From Candidatus Caribbeanibacter nitroreducens (lineage in GTDB: Bacteria > Gemmatimonadota > Gemmatimonadetes > Palauibacterales > Palauibacteraceae): a stretch of 64,000 bases of DNA. Below are positions 46,887-55,189 of the stretch, one piece after another. The notes beneath the pieces are model-generated. The model did no database searches. It was not told the DNA's origin and saw only the letters and a list, made by a program, of their open reading frames with translations. Location: contig CANPVF010000126.1 of the NCBI GenBank assembly GCA_947581645.1, positions 140 through 64,139 on the forward strand, in the 5' to 3' direction. Numbering within the stretch: position 1 is the first letter of the stretch; every line of letters begins with the position of its first letter. Position numbers and translations under genes: made by a program.

Positions 46887-47936
46887 ATGAGCGATTCACG
46901 TCCGATTCGAGCCAGCATCGCCGGCGCGTCCGGATACGGGGGCGGGGAGCTGATACGGCTCCTCCACGCCCATCCGACAGTGGAGGTGGTGCGCCTGGCG
47001 GCCGGCGAGTGGTCCGGTCGTCGGGCCGACGAGGCCTGGCCGTCGCTCCGGGGCGTCGTCCGCACGGAGCTCGGGGACGCGGCGCCGGCCGAGCTGGCCG
47101 AGGGGGCGGACGTGGTCTTCATGGCCCTCCCGCACGGGATGGCCATGGACGTGGCGCCGGCGGTCCTGGAGGCCGGAGCCCGCGTGGTGGACCTGAGCGG
47201 CGACTTCCGGCTCCGGGACGCGGAGGCGTATCCGCGGTGGTACGATCGCGTCCACCCGGCTCCGGAGCTGCTGGGCGAGGCGGTCTACGGCCTTCCGGAG
47301 CTGGACGACGGATCGCTCCGGGAGGCGTCGCTGGTGGCGTGTCCGGGATGCTATCCCACCGCCGTGGGACTCGCCCTGGCGCCGCTGATGGCGGACGGGG
47401 CGGCCGGCGACACGTGTTTCGTCGACGCGAAGTCCGGGGTCTCCGGAGCCGGGCGCTCCCCCGGCGAGCGGGGCGCCTTCGCCGAGGCCAACGAGAACGT
47501 CCGGGCGTACGGGGTGCCGGGCCATCGCCACACGCCGGAGATGGAGCAGACCGTGACGGCGGCGGCGGGGCGAGCCGTCGGGGTGAGCTTCGTGCCCCAC
47601 GTGGTGCCCATGACGCGGGGGATCCTGGCCACGTGCCAGGTGCCGCTGGAGGGCCCCCTGGACGGGGAGCGCGCGCTGGGCCTCCTGGAGGAGCGCTACG
47701 GCGACTCTCCGTTCGTCCGGGTGGACGAGCGGCTGCCGGAGACCAAGGCCACGTCCGGCTCCAACTTCTGCGATCTCAGCGTCCGGGTCCCGGACGAGGG
47801 ACCGGAGGTGGCGGTGGTCGTGGCCGCCCTGGACAACCTGGTGAAGGGGGCCGCCGGTCAGGCGGTCCAGTGCATGAATCTGATGTTCGACCTGGACGAG
47901 CGAGAGGGACTGTGGAATCTACCGATCTATCCGTGA
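46887..47936 (+). CDS. argC: N-acetyl-gamma-glutamyl-phosphate reductase
   Basis: IAGASGYGGGELIRLLHAHP and the active-site Cys region. Probably leaderless, with an alternative ATG at 46881. Confidence 0.9.
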   Translation: MSDSRPIRASIAGASGYGGGELIRLLHAHPTVEVVRLAAGEWSGRRADEAWPSLRGVVRTELGDAAPAELAEGADVVFMALPHGMAMDVAPAVLEAGARVVDLSGDFRLRDAEAYPRWYDRVHPAPELLGEAVYGLPELDDGSLREASLVACPGCYPTAVGLALAPLMADGAAGDTCFVDAKSGVSGAGRSPGERGAFAEANENVRAYGVPGHRHTPEMEQTVTAAAGRAVGVSFVPHVVPMTRGILATCQVPLEGPLDGERALGLLEERYGDSPFVRVDERLPETKATSGSNFCDLSVRVPDEGPEVAVVVAALDNLVKGAAGQAVQCMNLMFDLDEREGLWNLPIYP

Positions 47937-49189
47937 ACGCGTCGTCCGCGGCGGCCGACGGCGAGGGACTCGGGGCCGTGGCCGGCGCCTCGGGTGTCGT
48001 CCCGATGGACGGCGACGTGTGCAGCCCGGCGGGCTTCCGCGCCGCCGGCGTGCACTGCGGGCTCAAGTACCGGAAGCCCGACCTGGCGCTGCTGGTCTCG
48101 GACCGGCCGGCGTCCGCGGCCGGCGTGTTCACCACGAATCGCGTCCAGGCGGCGCCGGTGCGCTACAGCCGCCGCGCCGTCGAAGACGGAGACGCCCGGG
48201 CCGTGGTCGTCAACAGCGCCAACGCCAACGCGTGCACGGGGGAGCAGGGCGACCGGGACGCGGAGGAGATGGCGCGCCTCGCCGGCCGGGCCCTGGACGT
48301 GGACCCGCGGCAGGTGCTGGTGGCCTCCACCGGGATCATCGGGGTCCCCCTCCCCATGGACCGGGTGCGGTCGGGCATCCGGTCCGCCGCCGGGGAGCTG
48401 GCCCCGGACGCCGGGGCCGCCTCCCGCGCCATCCTCACCACCGACCGGTGGACCAAGACCGCCGCGGCCCGTTTCTCGGCCGACGGCCGCACGTGGACGG
48501 TGGGCGGCATGGCCAAGGGAGCGGGGATGATCCACCCCAGGATGGCCACGACCCTGGGCTTCCTCACCACCGACGCCCGGGTTCCCGTCCCGATTCTGCG
48601 GGAGGCGCTGCGCGAGGCGGTGGACGGGTCGTTCAACCGGATCACCGTGGACGGCGAGACGAGCACCAACGACGCGGTCCTGGCGCTGGCCAACGGATCG
48701 GCCGGAGGAACGGCCGTGGAGCGGGGGGATGCGCTGGACGGGCTGAAGGCGGCGATGGCCGCGGTGGCCCGCTCCCTGGCCCTGGAGGTCGTCCGCGACG
48801 GGGAGGGCGCCACCACGGTGGCCCGGATCTCGGTCACCGGCGCCCCCGGCGACGCGGAGGCCCGCGCCGTCGCCGACCGCCTGGCCACGTCCCCGCTGGT
48901 GAAGACGGCGCTTCACGGCGGCGATCCCAACTGGGGCCGGCTCGTGGCCGCCGCCGGCAGCGCCGGCGTCGAGATGGACCCCGATAGCGTCGCGGTGTGG
49001 GTGGGGGACGTGCGGATGGTGGAGGACGGAACCGCCGTGGCCGGAGCGGAGGAGGAGGCGGCCCGGGCGCTGGACGGCGACGAGGTGGAGATCCGTGTCG
49101 ACCTGGGCCTCGGCGGCGCCCGGCACCACATGTGGACGTGCGATCTCACCGAGGAGTACGTGCGCATCAACGGGAGCTACACCTCGTGA
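47933..49189 (+). CDS. argJ: bifunctional glutamate N-acetyltransferase / amino-acid acetyltransferase
   Basis: GMIHPRMATTLGFLTTD self-cleavage/active-site threonine region. GTG start in a GTGA overlap. Confidence 0.9.
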   Translation: MNASSAAADGEGLGAVAGASGVVPMDGDVCSPAGFRAAGVHCGLKYRKPDLALLVSDRPASAAGVFTTNRVQAAPVRYSRRAVEDGDARAVVVNSANANACTGEQGDRDAEEMARLAGRALDVDPRQVLVASTGIIGVPLPMDRVRSGIRSAAGELAPDAGAASRAILTTDRWTKTAAARFSADGRTWTVGGMAKGAGMIHPRMATTLGFLTTDARVPVPILREALREAVDGSFNRITVDGETSTNDAVLALANGSAGGTAVERGDALDGLKAAMAAVARSLALEVVRDGEGATTVARISVTGAPGDAEARAVADRLATSPLVKTALHGGDPNWGRLVAAAGSAGVEMDPDSVAVWVGDVRMVEDGTAVAGAEEEAARALDGDEVEIRVDLGLGGARHHMWTCDLTEEYVRINGSYTS

Positions 49190-50127
49190 GCCGGGCGGCG
49201 GAGGGAGCGTCGGGGGACGGCGCCGAGGACCTCCTGGCGGAGGCCCTGGGCTACGTGGCCGCGTGGCGGGGACGGACGGTGGCGGTGAAGGTCGGAGGGA
49301 GCGTCCTGGCCGACGGCGTGCCGGAGGGCCTGGCCGAGGACCTGGCCCTCCTCCACCGGGCCGGCGTCCGCACCGTCCTCGTGCACGGCGGTGGCCCGGA
49401 GGTGAGCGGAGTCCTCGAGAAGATGGGCGGCAGCCCGGAATTCGTGGACGGCCTGCGGGTGACCGACGGGGAGACCATGGACGTGGTCGTCATGGTGCTG
49501 GCCGGCCGCGTCAACAAGCGGATCGTGCTCCGGCTGCAGGAGGCGGGTGTCCGGGCCGCGGGCGTCTCCGGCGTCGACGCCGGCCTGCTCCGGGTCCGCT
49601 CCCATCCCGCCGCCGACCGTCTGGGGCGCGTGGGCGAGGTGGAGCGGGTCGACCCGTCGCTGGTGGAGACCCTCTTCGACGGGGGCTTCCTCCCGGTGGT
49701 GTCCCCGGTGGGCACCGACGGTCGGGGCCGCTGCTTCAACGTGAACGCCGACGCCGCGGCCGCGGCGCTGGCATCGGCCCTGGGCGCCGAGAAGCTCGTG
49801 CTGGTGACCGACGTCGAGGGGATCCTCCGGGAGTCCGGGGGCGGCGTCGTCGAGCTCGTCCCGGAGCTGACCCCGGGGGAGGCCCGCGGGCTCATCGCCG
49901 AGGGAACCGTCTCGCGGGGCATGGTGCCCAAGGTCGAGGCCTGCCTGGCGGCGCTGGAGAAGGGCGTCCACAGCGCCCATGTGGTGGGCACGGCCACGGA
50001 GCACGCCGTCCTGCGGGAGCTGCTCACCGACCGCGGGGCCGGGACGATGATCCGGAGCGCGCCCGCCGTCGGGCCGGAGGACGAGCGGGACGAGAGCACT
50101 CACCGCATCGAGGAGACGGGCACGTGA
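49186..50127 (+). CDS. argB: acetylglutamate kinase
   Basis: VAVKVGGSVL and VLVHGGGPEV amino-acid kinase motifs. GTGA overlap with the upstream stop. Confidence 0.9.
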   Translation: MSRAAEGASGDGAEDLLAEALGYVAAWRGRTVAVKVGGSVLADGVPEGLAEDLALLHRAGVRTVLVHGGGPEVSGVLEKMGGSPEFVDGLRVTDGETMDVVVMVLAGRVNKRIVLRLQEAGVRAAGVSGVDAGLLRVRSHPAADRLGRVGEVERVDPSLVETLFDGGFLPVVSPVGTDGRGRCFNVNADAAAAALASALGAEKLVLVTDVEGILRESGGGVVELVPELTPGEARGLIAEGTVSRGMVPKVEACLAALEKGVHSAHVVGTATEHAVLRELLTDRGAGTMIRSAPAVGPEDERDESTHRIEETGT

Positions 50128-51440
50128 ACACGGAGGACTCTCGCGCCCGCCGCGACACGGACGAGGTGATCCGCCTCGGCGGCCGTCACCTGTTCCAGAA
50201 CTACCGTCCCCTGCCGGTGGCCTTCGACCGGGGACAGGGCGTCCGTCTCCGTGACCTGGAGGGAAACGAGTACCTGGACTTCATCGGCGGCATCGCGGTC
50301 TCCACGCTGGGGCACGCGCACCCGGCCCTGGTCGAGGCCATCCGCGAGCAGGCCGGCCGGTGCCTCCACGTCTCGAACCTGTTCCACATTCCGGAGCAGG
50401 CCGAGGCCGCCCGCCTCCTGACCGAGACGGCGGGCCTGGACCGCGCGTTCTTCTGCAACAGCGGAACCGAGGCGGTGGAGGCCGCCGTGAAGCTGGCGCG
50501 CCGCTGGGGCCGGGAGCGGGTGGGCACCGACGCGCCGGAGATCGTGGTGACCGAGGGCGCCTTCCACGGCCGCACGCTCGGGGCGCTGGCCGCCACGGCC
50601 AATCCGGACTACCGGGAGCCCTTCGAGCCGCTCCCGGGCGGCTTCCGCCGGGTCCCGTACGACGACCTGCCGGCGGCACGGGAGGCCATGGGGCCGGACA
50701 CCTGCGCCATCCTGGTGGAACCGATCCAGGGCGAGCGCGGCGTCCGCGTCCCCTCCGACGACTACCTGGCGGGCCTGGAGGAGCTGGCGGGCGAACACGG
50801 GGCGCTGCTGGTGCTGGACGAGGTGCAGACCGGCATCGGCCGCACCGGCGCGGACTTCGCCTTCCAGCGCCACGGGATCCGGCCCGACGCCGTGACCGCG
50901 GCGAAGGGGCTGGGCGGGGGCGTGCCGGTGGGGGCGCTCCTGGCCCGGGAGGAGGCGGCCGCGATGCTCGGGCCCGGGCATCACGCCTCCACCTTCGGCG
51001 GGAATCCCCTGGCCATGGCCGCCGTCGGCGCGGTGCTCCGGACGCTGGGACGGTCCCGCCTCTCGGAGCGGGCCGCGGCCATGGGGGAGCGGCTGCGCTC
51101 CGGCGTGGAGGGCCTGGCGGCCGGGGGCGCGCCGATCCACGACGTCCGGGGCGCAGGCCTCCTGGTGGGGGTCGACGTCGGGCCGCCGGCCGGCGACGTG
51201 GTCCGGGCGTGCCTGGACCGGGGCCTCCTGGTGAACGCCATCGGTGACGACACGATCCGCCTCGCACCGCCCCTTATCGTGGCGTCGGCCGAGGTGGATC
51301 TGGGCGTGGAGCTCCTGGGCCATGCCCTGGCCGACGTCGGGCAGGGCGGGACCCGCGAGCCCGAGCTGGACGAGACGAGCGACGAGTCACATCGAGACGA
51401 TTCACAGTCATACGGAAACGAGAAGAACAACGATGAATGA
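50124..51440 (+). CDS. argD: acetylornithine aminotransferase, with acidic low-complexity C-terminal tail
   Basis: Class III PLP aminotransferase (LVLDEVQTGIGRTGADFA, PLP-lysine in AVTAAKGLGGG). The stop overlaps the argG start by 8 nt. Confidence 0.9.
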   Translation: MNTEDSRARRDTDEVIRLGGRHLFQNYRPLPVAFDRGQGVRLRDLEGNEYLDFIGGIAVSTLGHAHPALVEAIREQAGRCLHVSNLFHIPEQAEAARLLTETAGLDRAFFCNSGTEAVEAAVKLARRWGRERVGTDAPEIVVTEGAFHGRTLGALAATANPDYREPFEPLPGGFRRVPYDDLPAAREAMGPDTCAILVEPIQGERGVRVPSDDYLAGLEELAGEHGALLVLDEVQTGIGRTGADFAFQRHGIRPDAVTAAKGLGGGVPVGALLAREEAAAMLGPGHHASTFGGNPLAMAAVGAVLRTLGRSRLSERAAAMGERLRSGVEGLAAGGAPIHDVRGAGLLVGVDVGPPAGDVVRACLDRGLLVNAIGDDTIRLAPPLIVASAEVDLGVELLGHALADVGQGGTREPELDETSDESHRDDSQSYGNEKNNDE

Positions 51441-52716
51441 ACCGAGCCGCATCGCCCTGGCGTACTCCGGGGGCCTCGACACGTCCGTCATGATCCCATG
51501 GCTGCGGGAGAACTACGGCGCCGAAGTCGTCGCCGTGGTCGCCGACGTGGGCCAGCGCGATGACTTCGAGGCCGTCCGGCGCAAGGCCCTGGACACCGGG
51601 GCGGAGGAGTGCCGGGTCCTGGATCTCCAGGAGCCCTTCGCCGGGGACTACATCTTCCCGGCGCTCCGGGCCGGCGCCGCGTACGAGAGCCGGTACCTCC
51701 TGGGGACGGCCCTGGCGCGGCCCCTGATCGCGGCGGCCCAGGTGCGCGTGGCCCGGGAGACGGGATGCGACGCCCTGGCCCACGGGTGCACGGGCAAGGG
51801 CAACGACCAGGTCCGCTTCGAGCTCGCCTACCAGGCCCTGGCGCCGCAGATGACGATCGTCGCGCCCTGGCGGGAGTGGGAGATCTCCTCCCGGGAGGAC
51901 GCCATCGCGTACGCCGGCGAGCGGGGCATCCCCGTTCCCGCGAGCACCGATCGGCCGTACAGCATCGACCAGAACCTGTGGCACACCTCCTTCGAGGGAG
52001 GCGTCCTGGAGGACCCCGGCGTGCAGGCTCCGGACGACGTCTACGACATGACGGTGGATCCCGCCGACGCCCCGGACGAGGCGGCGGAGGTGGAGATCGG
52101 ATTCGAGGCCGGCCGCCCCGTCTCCCTCCACGGCGAGGAGATGGCGCCCGTGGACCTGGTCGACGCCCTGAACGGGATCGCCGGGCGCCACGGCGTGGGC
52201 CGCGTGGATCTGGTGGAGAACCGCGTGGTGGGTATGAAGAGCCGGGGCGTGTACGAGACCCCGGCCGGAACCGTGCTGTCGGAGGCCCTCGCCGATCTGC
52301 GGTCGCTGACCCTGGACCACGCGACCACGAGCTTCCTGGAGGACGTCTCCTCCCGCTACGGCGAGCTGGTCTACCGGGGGAAGTGGTTCACACCGCTCCG
52401 CGACTCCCTGGACGCCTTCGTGGAATCCGCCCACCGGAACGTGACCGGCACCGTGACGGTCCGCCTCTACCGGGGGAGCTGCCTGCCGGTGGCGCGCACC
52501 TCCCCGGACTCCCTGTACCGGGAGGACCTGGCCACCTTCGGCGAGGACGCCGTCTACGATCACGCCGATGCCGCCGGCTTCATCCGTCTGTGGGGCCTCT
52601 CGAGCCGGGTCTACGCCGGCGTCCACGCCGATCGCTGGAAGAGCGCGGGGGCGCCGCGCACAGCGGAGGCCGGCGGCAGGAGCGACGGGAACGGGGCCCG
52701 GGCGGCCGTGGGCTGA
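51433..52716 (+). CDS. argG: argininosuccinate synthase
   Basis: IALAYSGGLDTSV PP-loop and the rest of the ArgG fold. Confidence 0.9.
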   Translation: MNEPSRIALAYSGGLDTSVMIPWLRENYGAEVVAVVADVGQRDDFEAVRRKALDTGAEECRVLDLQEPFAGDYIFPALRAGAAYESRYLLGTALARPLIAAAQVRVARETGCDALAHGCTGKGNDQVRFELAYQALAPQMTIVAPWREWEISSREDAIAYAGERGIPVPASTDRPYSIDQNLWHTSFEGGVLEDPGVQAPDDVYDMTVDPADAPDEAAEVEIGFEAGRPVSLHGEEMAPVDLVDALNGIAGRHGVGRVDLVENRVVGMKSRGVYETPAGTVLSEALADLRSLTLDHATTSFLEDVSSRYGELVYRGKWFTPLRDSLDAFVESAHRNVTGTVTVRLYRGSCLPVARTSPDSLYREDLATFGEDAVYDHADAAGFIRLWGLSSRVYAGVHADRWKSAGAPRTAEAGGRSDGNGARAAVG

Positions 52717-52900
52717 GGACGGCGGGTCCGGGCGCGAGCCCGGCGCCCCGAAGCGGGGCAGGCGAAGGGCGCGCGCTCCACTCACCCTCCGGAGCGTCCC
52801 GGCCAGGACGGCGGGCGCCGGCAGACACCGGCGGTGCCCCGAGCCCGCGCCGCTGGCCGGGGGTTTCCCCGGCCGCGGGTGACCCGCAGTCTGAACTACC

Positions 52901-54427
52901 ATGAACACCGAGATCGACACCGGAGACCGGCCCGCCGACGACGCGGGCGAACCGTCCGGCGAGGGGCTGTGGGGCGGCCGCTTCCGGTCCGGGCTGCACC
53001 CCGCGATCCACGACTTCACGAACTCGCTCCCCTTCGACCGGCGGCTGGTGCGCCACGACCTGGTGGGCAGCCTGGCCCACGCCCGCACCCTGGCCGAGAC
53101 CGGCGTCCTGGAGGGGGAAGACGCCCGGGCCGTCCTCCGTGGACTCTCCGCCCTCCTGGAGGACGTGGAGGCCGGGGAGGTCCGGGTGCCGGAGGGCGGG
53201 TCGCCCGACGAGGACGTCCACGGGTGGATCGAGCGGTCCCTGCGCGAGCGGATCGGGGAGCCCGCGGGCCGGCTGCACACCGGCCGGAGCCGGAACGACC
53301 AGACCGCCGTCGCCCTCCGGCTGTGGACCCGGGACGCCCTGGTCCGGCTGGCCGGAGCCGCCGCCGAGCTGTGCCGGGCCTGGATCGACGAGGCGGAGCA
53401 GCACCGGGAGACCGCGCTCCCCGGCTACACCCACCTCCAGCGCGCCCAGCCGGTGACGCTGGCCCATCACCTCCTGGCCCACGCCTGGTCCGTGCTCGAG
53501 GACGGACGCCGGCTGCGGTCGGTCCACGACGCCGCCGGCGTCTCGCCCCTGGGCGCCGGCGCTCTGGCCGGAACCTCTCACGACGTGGACCCGGAGCGGA
53601 CGGCCGAGCTGCTGGGCTTCGAACAGGGGCCCCACCCCAACAGCCTCCTGGCGGTGGCGGACCGCGACTACGTGGCCGAGGCCCTCTTCACGGCGTCGCT
53701 TCTCATGACCCACCTCTCCCGCTGGGCCGGCGAGGTCGTTCTGTGGTCCTCCACGGAGTTCGGGTTCCTGGAGCTGGACGACTCCGTGGCGCAGGGGAGC
53801 AGCATCATGCCCCAGAAGAAGAATCCGGAGGCGGCCGAAGTCCTCCGGGGCAAGGCGGGGCGCGTGGCCGGCCGGCTGTCGGGCTTCCTGCACACGCTGA
53901 AGGGCCTGCCGTTCGCCTACAACAGCGACCTTCAGGAGGACAAGGAGCCCCTCTTCGACGCGATGGACACGGCGGAGGAGTCGCTGCGTGCGGCGCGGGT
54001 GCTGGCCCGGGGCGTCCGGTGGCGGCCGGAGCGCATGGCGGAGGCCCTCCGGGGCGGATTCCTCACCGCCACCGAGCTGGCCGACTACCTGGCGCGGCGG
54101 GGCGTGCCCTTCCGGGAGGCGCACGAGCAGGTGGGCCGCGCCGTCATGGAGGCGGAATCCCGCGGGACGGAGCTGTGGGAGCTGCCGCTGGAGGTCATCC
54201 TGGAGGCCTGCCCCGCGGCCGGGGAGGACGTCTTCGAGGTGCTGTCGCCGGAGGCGGCGTGCCGGAGCCACGACACGCCCGGCGGGCCGGCGCCCGGGCG
54301 GGTCGCCGAACAGCTGGAGGAGGCCCGGGAACGGGTGGACGAGCTCCGCACCTGGAGCCGGGAGCGACCGGAGCCGCCGGTGGTCCGCTTCCACCGCTCC
54401 GGCGCTCTCCTGGAGGGACTGGCATGA
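52901..54427 (+). CDS. argH: argininosuccinate lyase
   Basis: Fumarate-lyase signature GSSIMPQKKNPEAAE. Confidence 0.9.
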   Translation: MNTEIDTGDRPADDAGEPSGEGLWGGRFRSGLHPAIHDFTNSLPFDRRLVRHDLVGSLAHARTLAETGVLEGEDARAVLRGLSALLEDVEAGEVRVPEGGSPDEDVHGWIERSLRERIGEPAGRLHTGRSRNDQTAVALRLWTRDALVRLAGAAAELCRAWIDEAEQHRETALPGYTHLQRAQPVTLAHHLLAHAWSVLEDGRRLRSVHDAAGVSPLGAGALAGTSHDVDPERTAELLGFEQGPHPNSLLAVADRDYVAEALFTASLLMTHLSRWAGEVVLWSSTEFGFLELDDSVAQGSSIMPQKKNPEAAEVLRGKAGRVAGRLSGFLHTLKGLPFAYNSDLQEDKEPLFDAMDTAEESLRAARVLARGVRWRPERMAEALRGGFLTATELADYLARRGVPFREAHEQVGRAVMEAESRGTELWELPLEVILEACPAAGEDVFEVLSPEAACRSHDTPGGPAPGRVAEQLEEARERVDELRTWSRERPEPPVVRFHRSGALLEGLA

Positions 54428-54885
54428 GCAGGCGGCGGCGGGAGCAGGCCATCCTCGAGATCACGGGGAACGGGGTGGTCCACACGCAGTCGGAGCTCGT
54501 GGAGGCGCTCCGGGACCGGGGCATCGAGGTGACCCAGTCCACGGTGTCCCGGGACATCAAGCGCCTGGGGCTGGTGAAGGTCCCGACCGCCGAGGGCGAG
54601 TACCGGTACGCGCCGCCGGAGATCATGAGCGACACGTCGCCGGCGGCGGAGGAGGACCTCCGGGAGGCCTTCGAGGAATTCGTGACGGAGGTCGACACGG
54701 GAACGGCCATCGTGGCGATCTCCACGCCGCCGGGGTCGGCCAACCCGGTGGCCGTGGCCATCGACGACGCCGAGCTGAGCGGCGTGGTGGCCACGCTGGC
54801 CGGCGACGACACTGTCTTCATCCTGGTGCGGGAGGAGCGGGATCGCGAGCGCCTGCTGCAGCAGTTCAGGGAGTGGCTTCCGTAG
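54424..54885 (+). CDS. argR: arginine repressor
   Basis: Winged-helix ITGNGVVHTQSELVEALRDRGIEVTQSTVSRDIKRLGLVKV and a C-terminal oligomerisation/Arg-binding domain (GDDTVFILV). ATGA overlap with argH. Confidence 0.85.
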   Translation: MSRRRREQAILEITGNGVVHTQSELVEALRDRGIEVTQSTVSRDIKRLGLVKVPTAEGEYRYAPPEIMSDTSPAAEEDLREAFEEFVTEVDTGTAIVAISTPPGSANPVAVAIDDAELSGVVATLAGDDTVFILVREERDRERLLQQFREWLP

Positions 54886-54996
54886 GAGAGTCGGGTCGGC
54901 GATGGAGAGGATCGTCCGGCTTCAGTCGCCGGCGAGAGTCGTCGACGCTTTCTGTAGGAGGGGTTCGCCACTACAGAATGCACCCGGAGGAATGCC

Positions 54997-55095
54997 ATGG
55001 AAGCGACCAGTGGCCGGCGATCGCCAGCTGTCCTCGAGCAGTTGCGGAGGACCTGGAACTTCTACCGTGACGCCGTGAGGCTCCTCCTGGACTAG
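54997..55095 (+). CDS. candidate small ORF (32 aa) with canonical Shine-Dalgarno
   Basis: GGAGGA lies 6 nt before the ATG. Product MEATSGRRSPAVLEQLRRTWNFYRDAVRLLLD. There is no homology support. Confidence 0.2.
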   Translation: MEATSGRRSPAVLEQLRRTWNFYRDAVRLLLD

Positions 55096-55189
55096 GAAGA
55101 GGTGAGGGGCTCAGCTCGGCGGAGCATCACGTCGATACCCTCTGGCCCGAGTCCCCCGTTCGCCCATAGTCCAGCACCGGATCCCCGCC

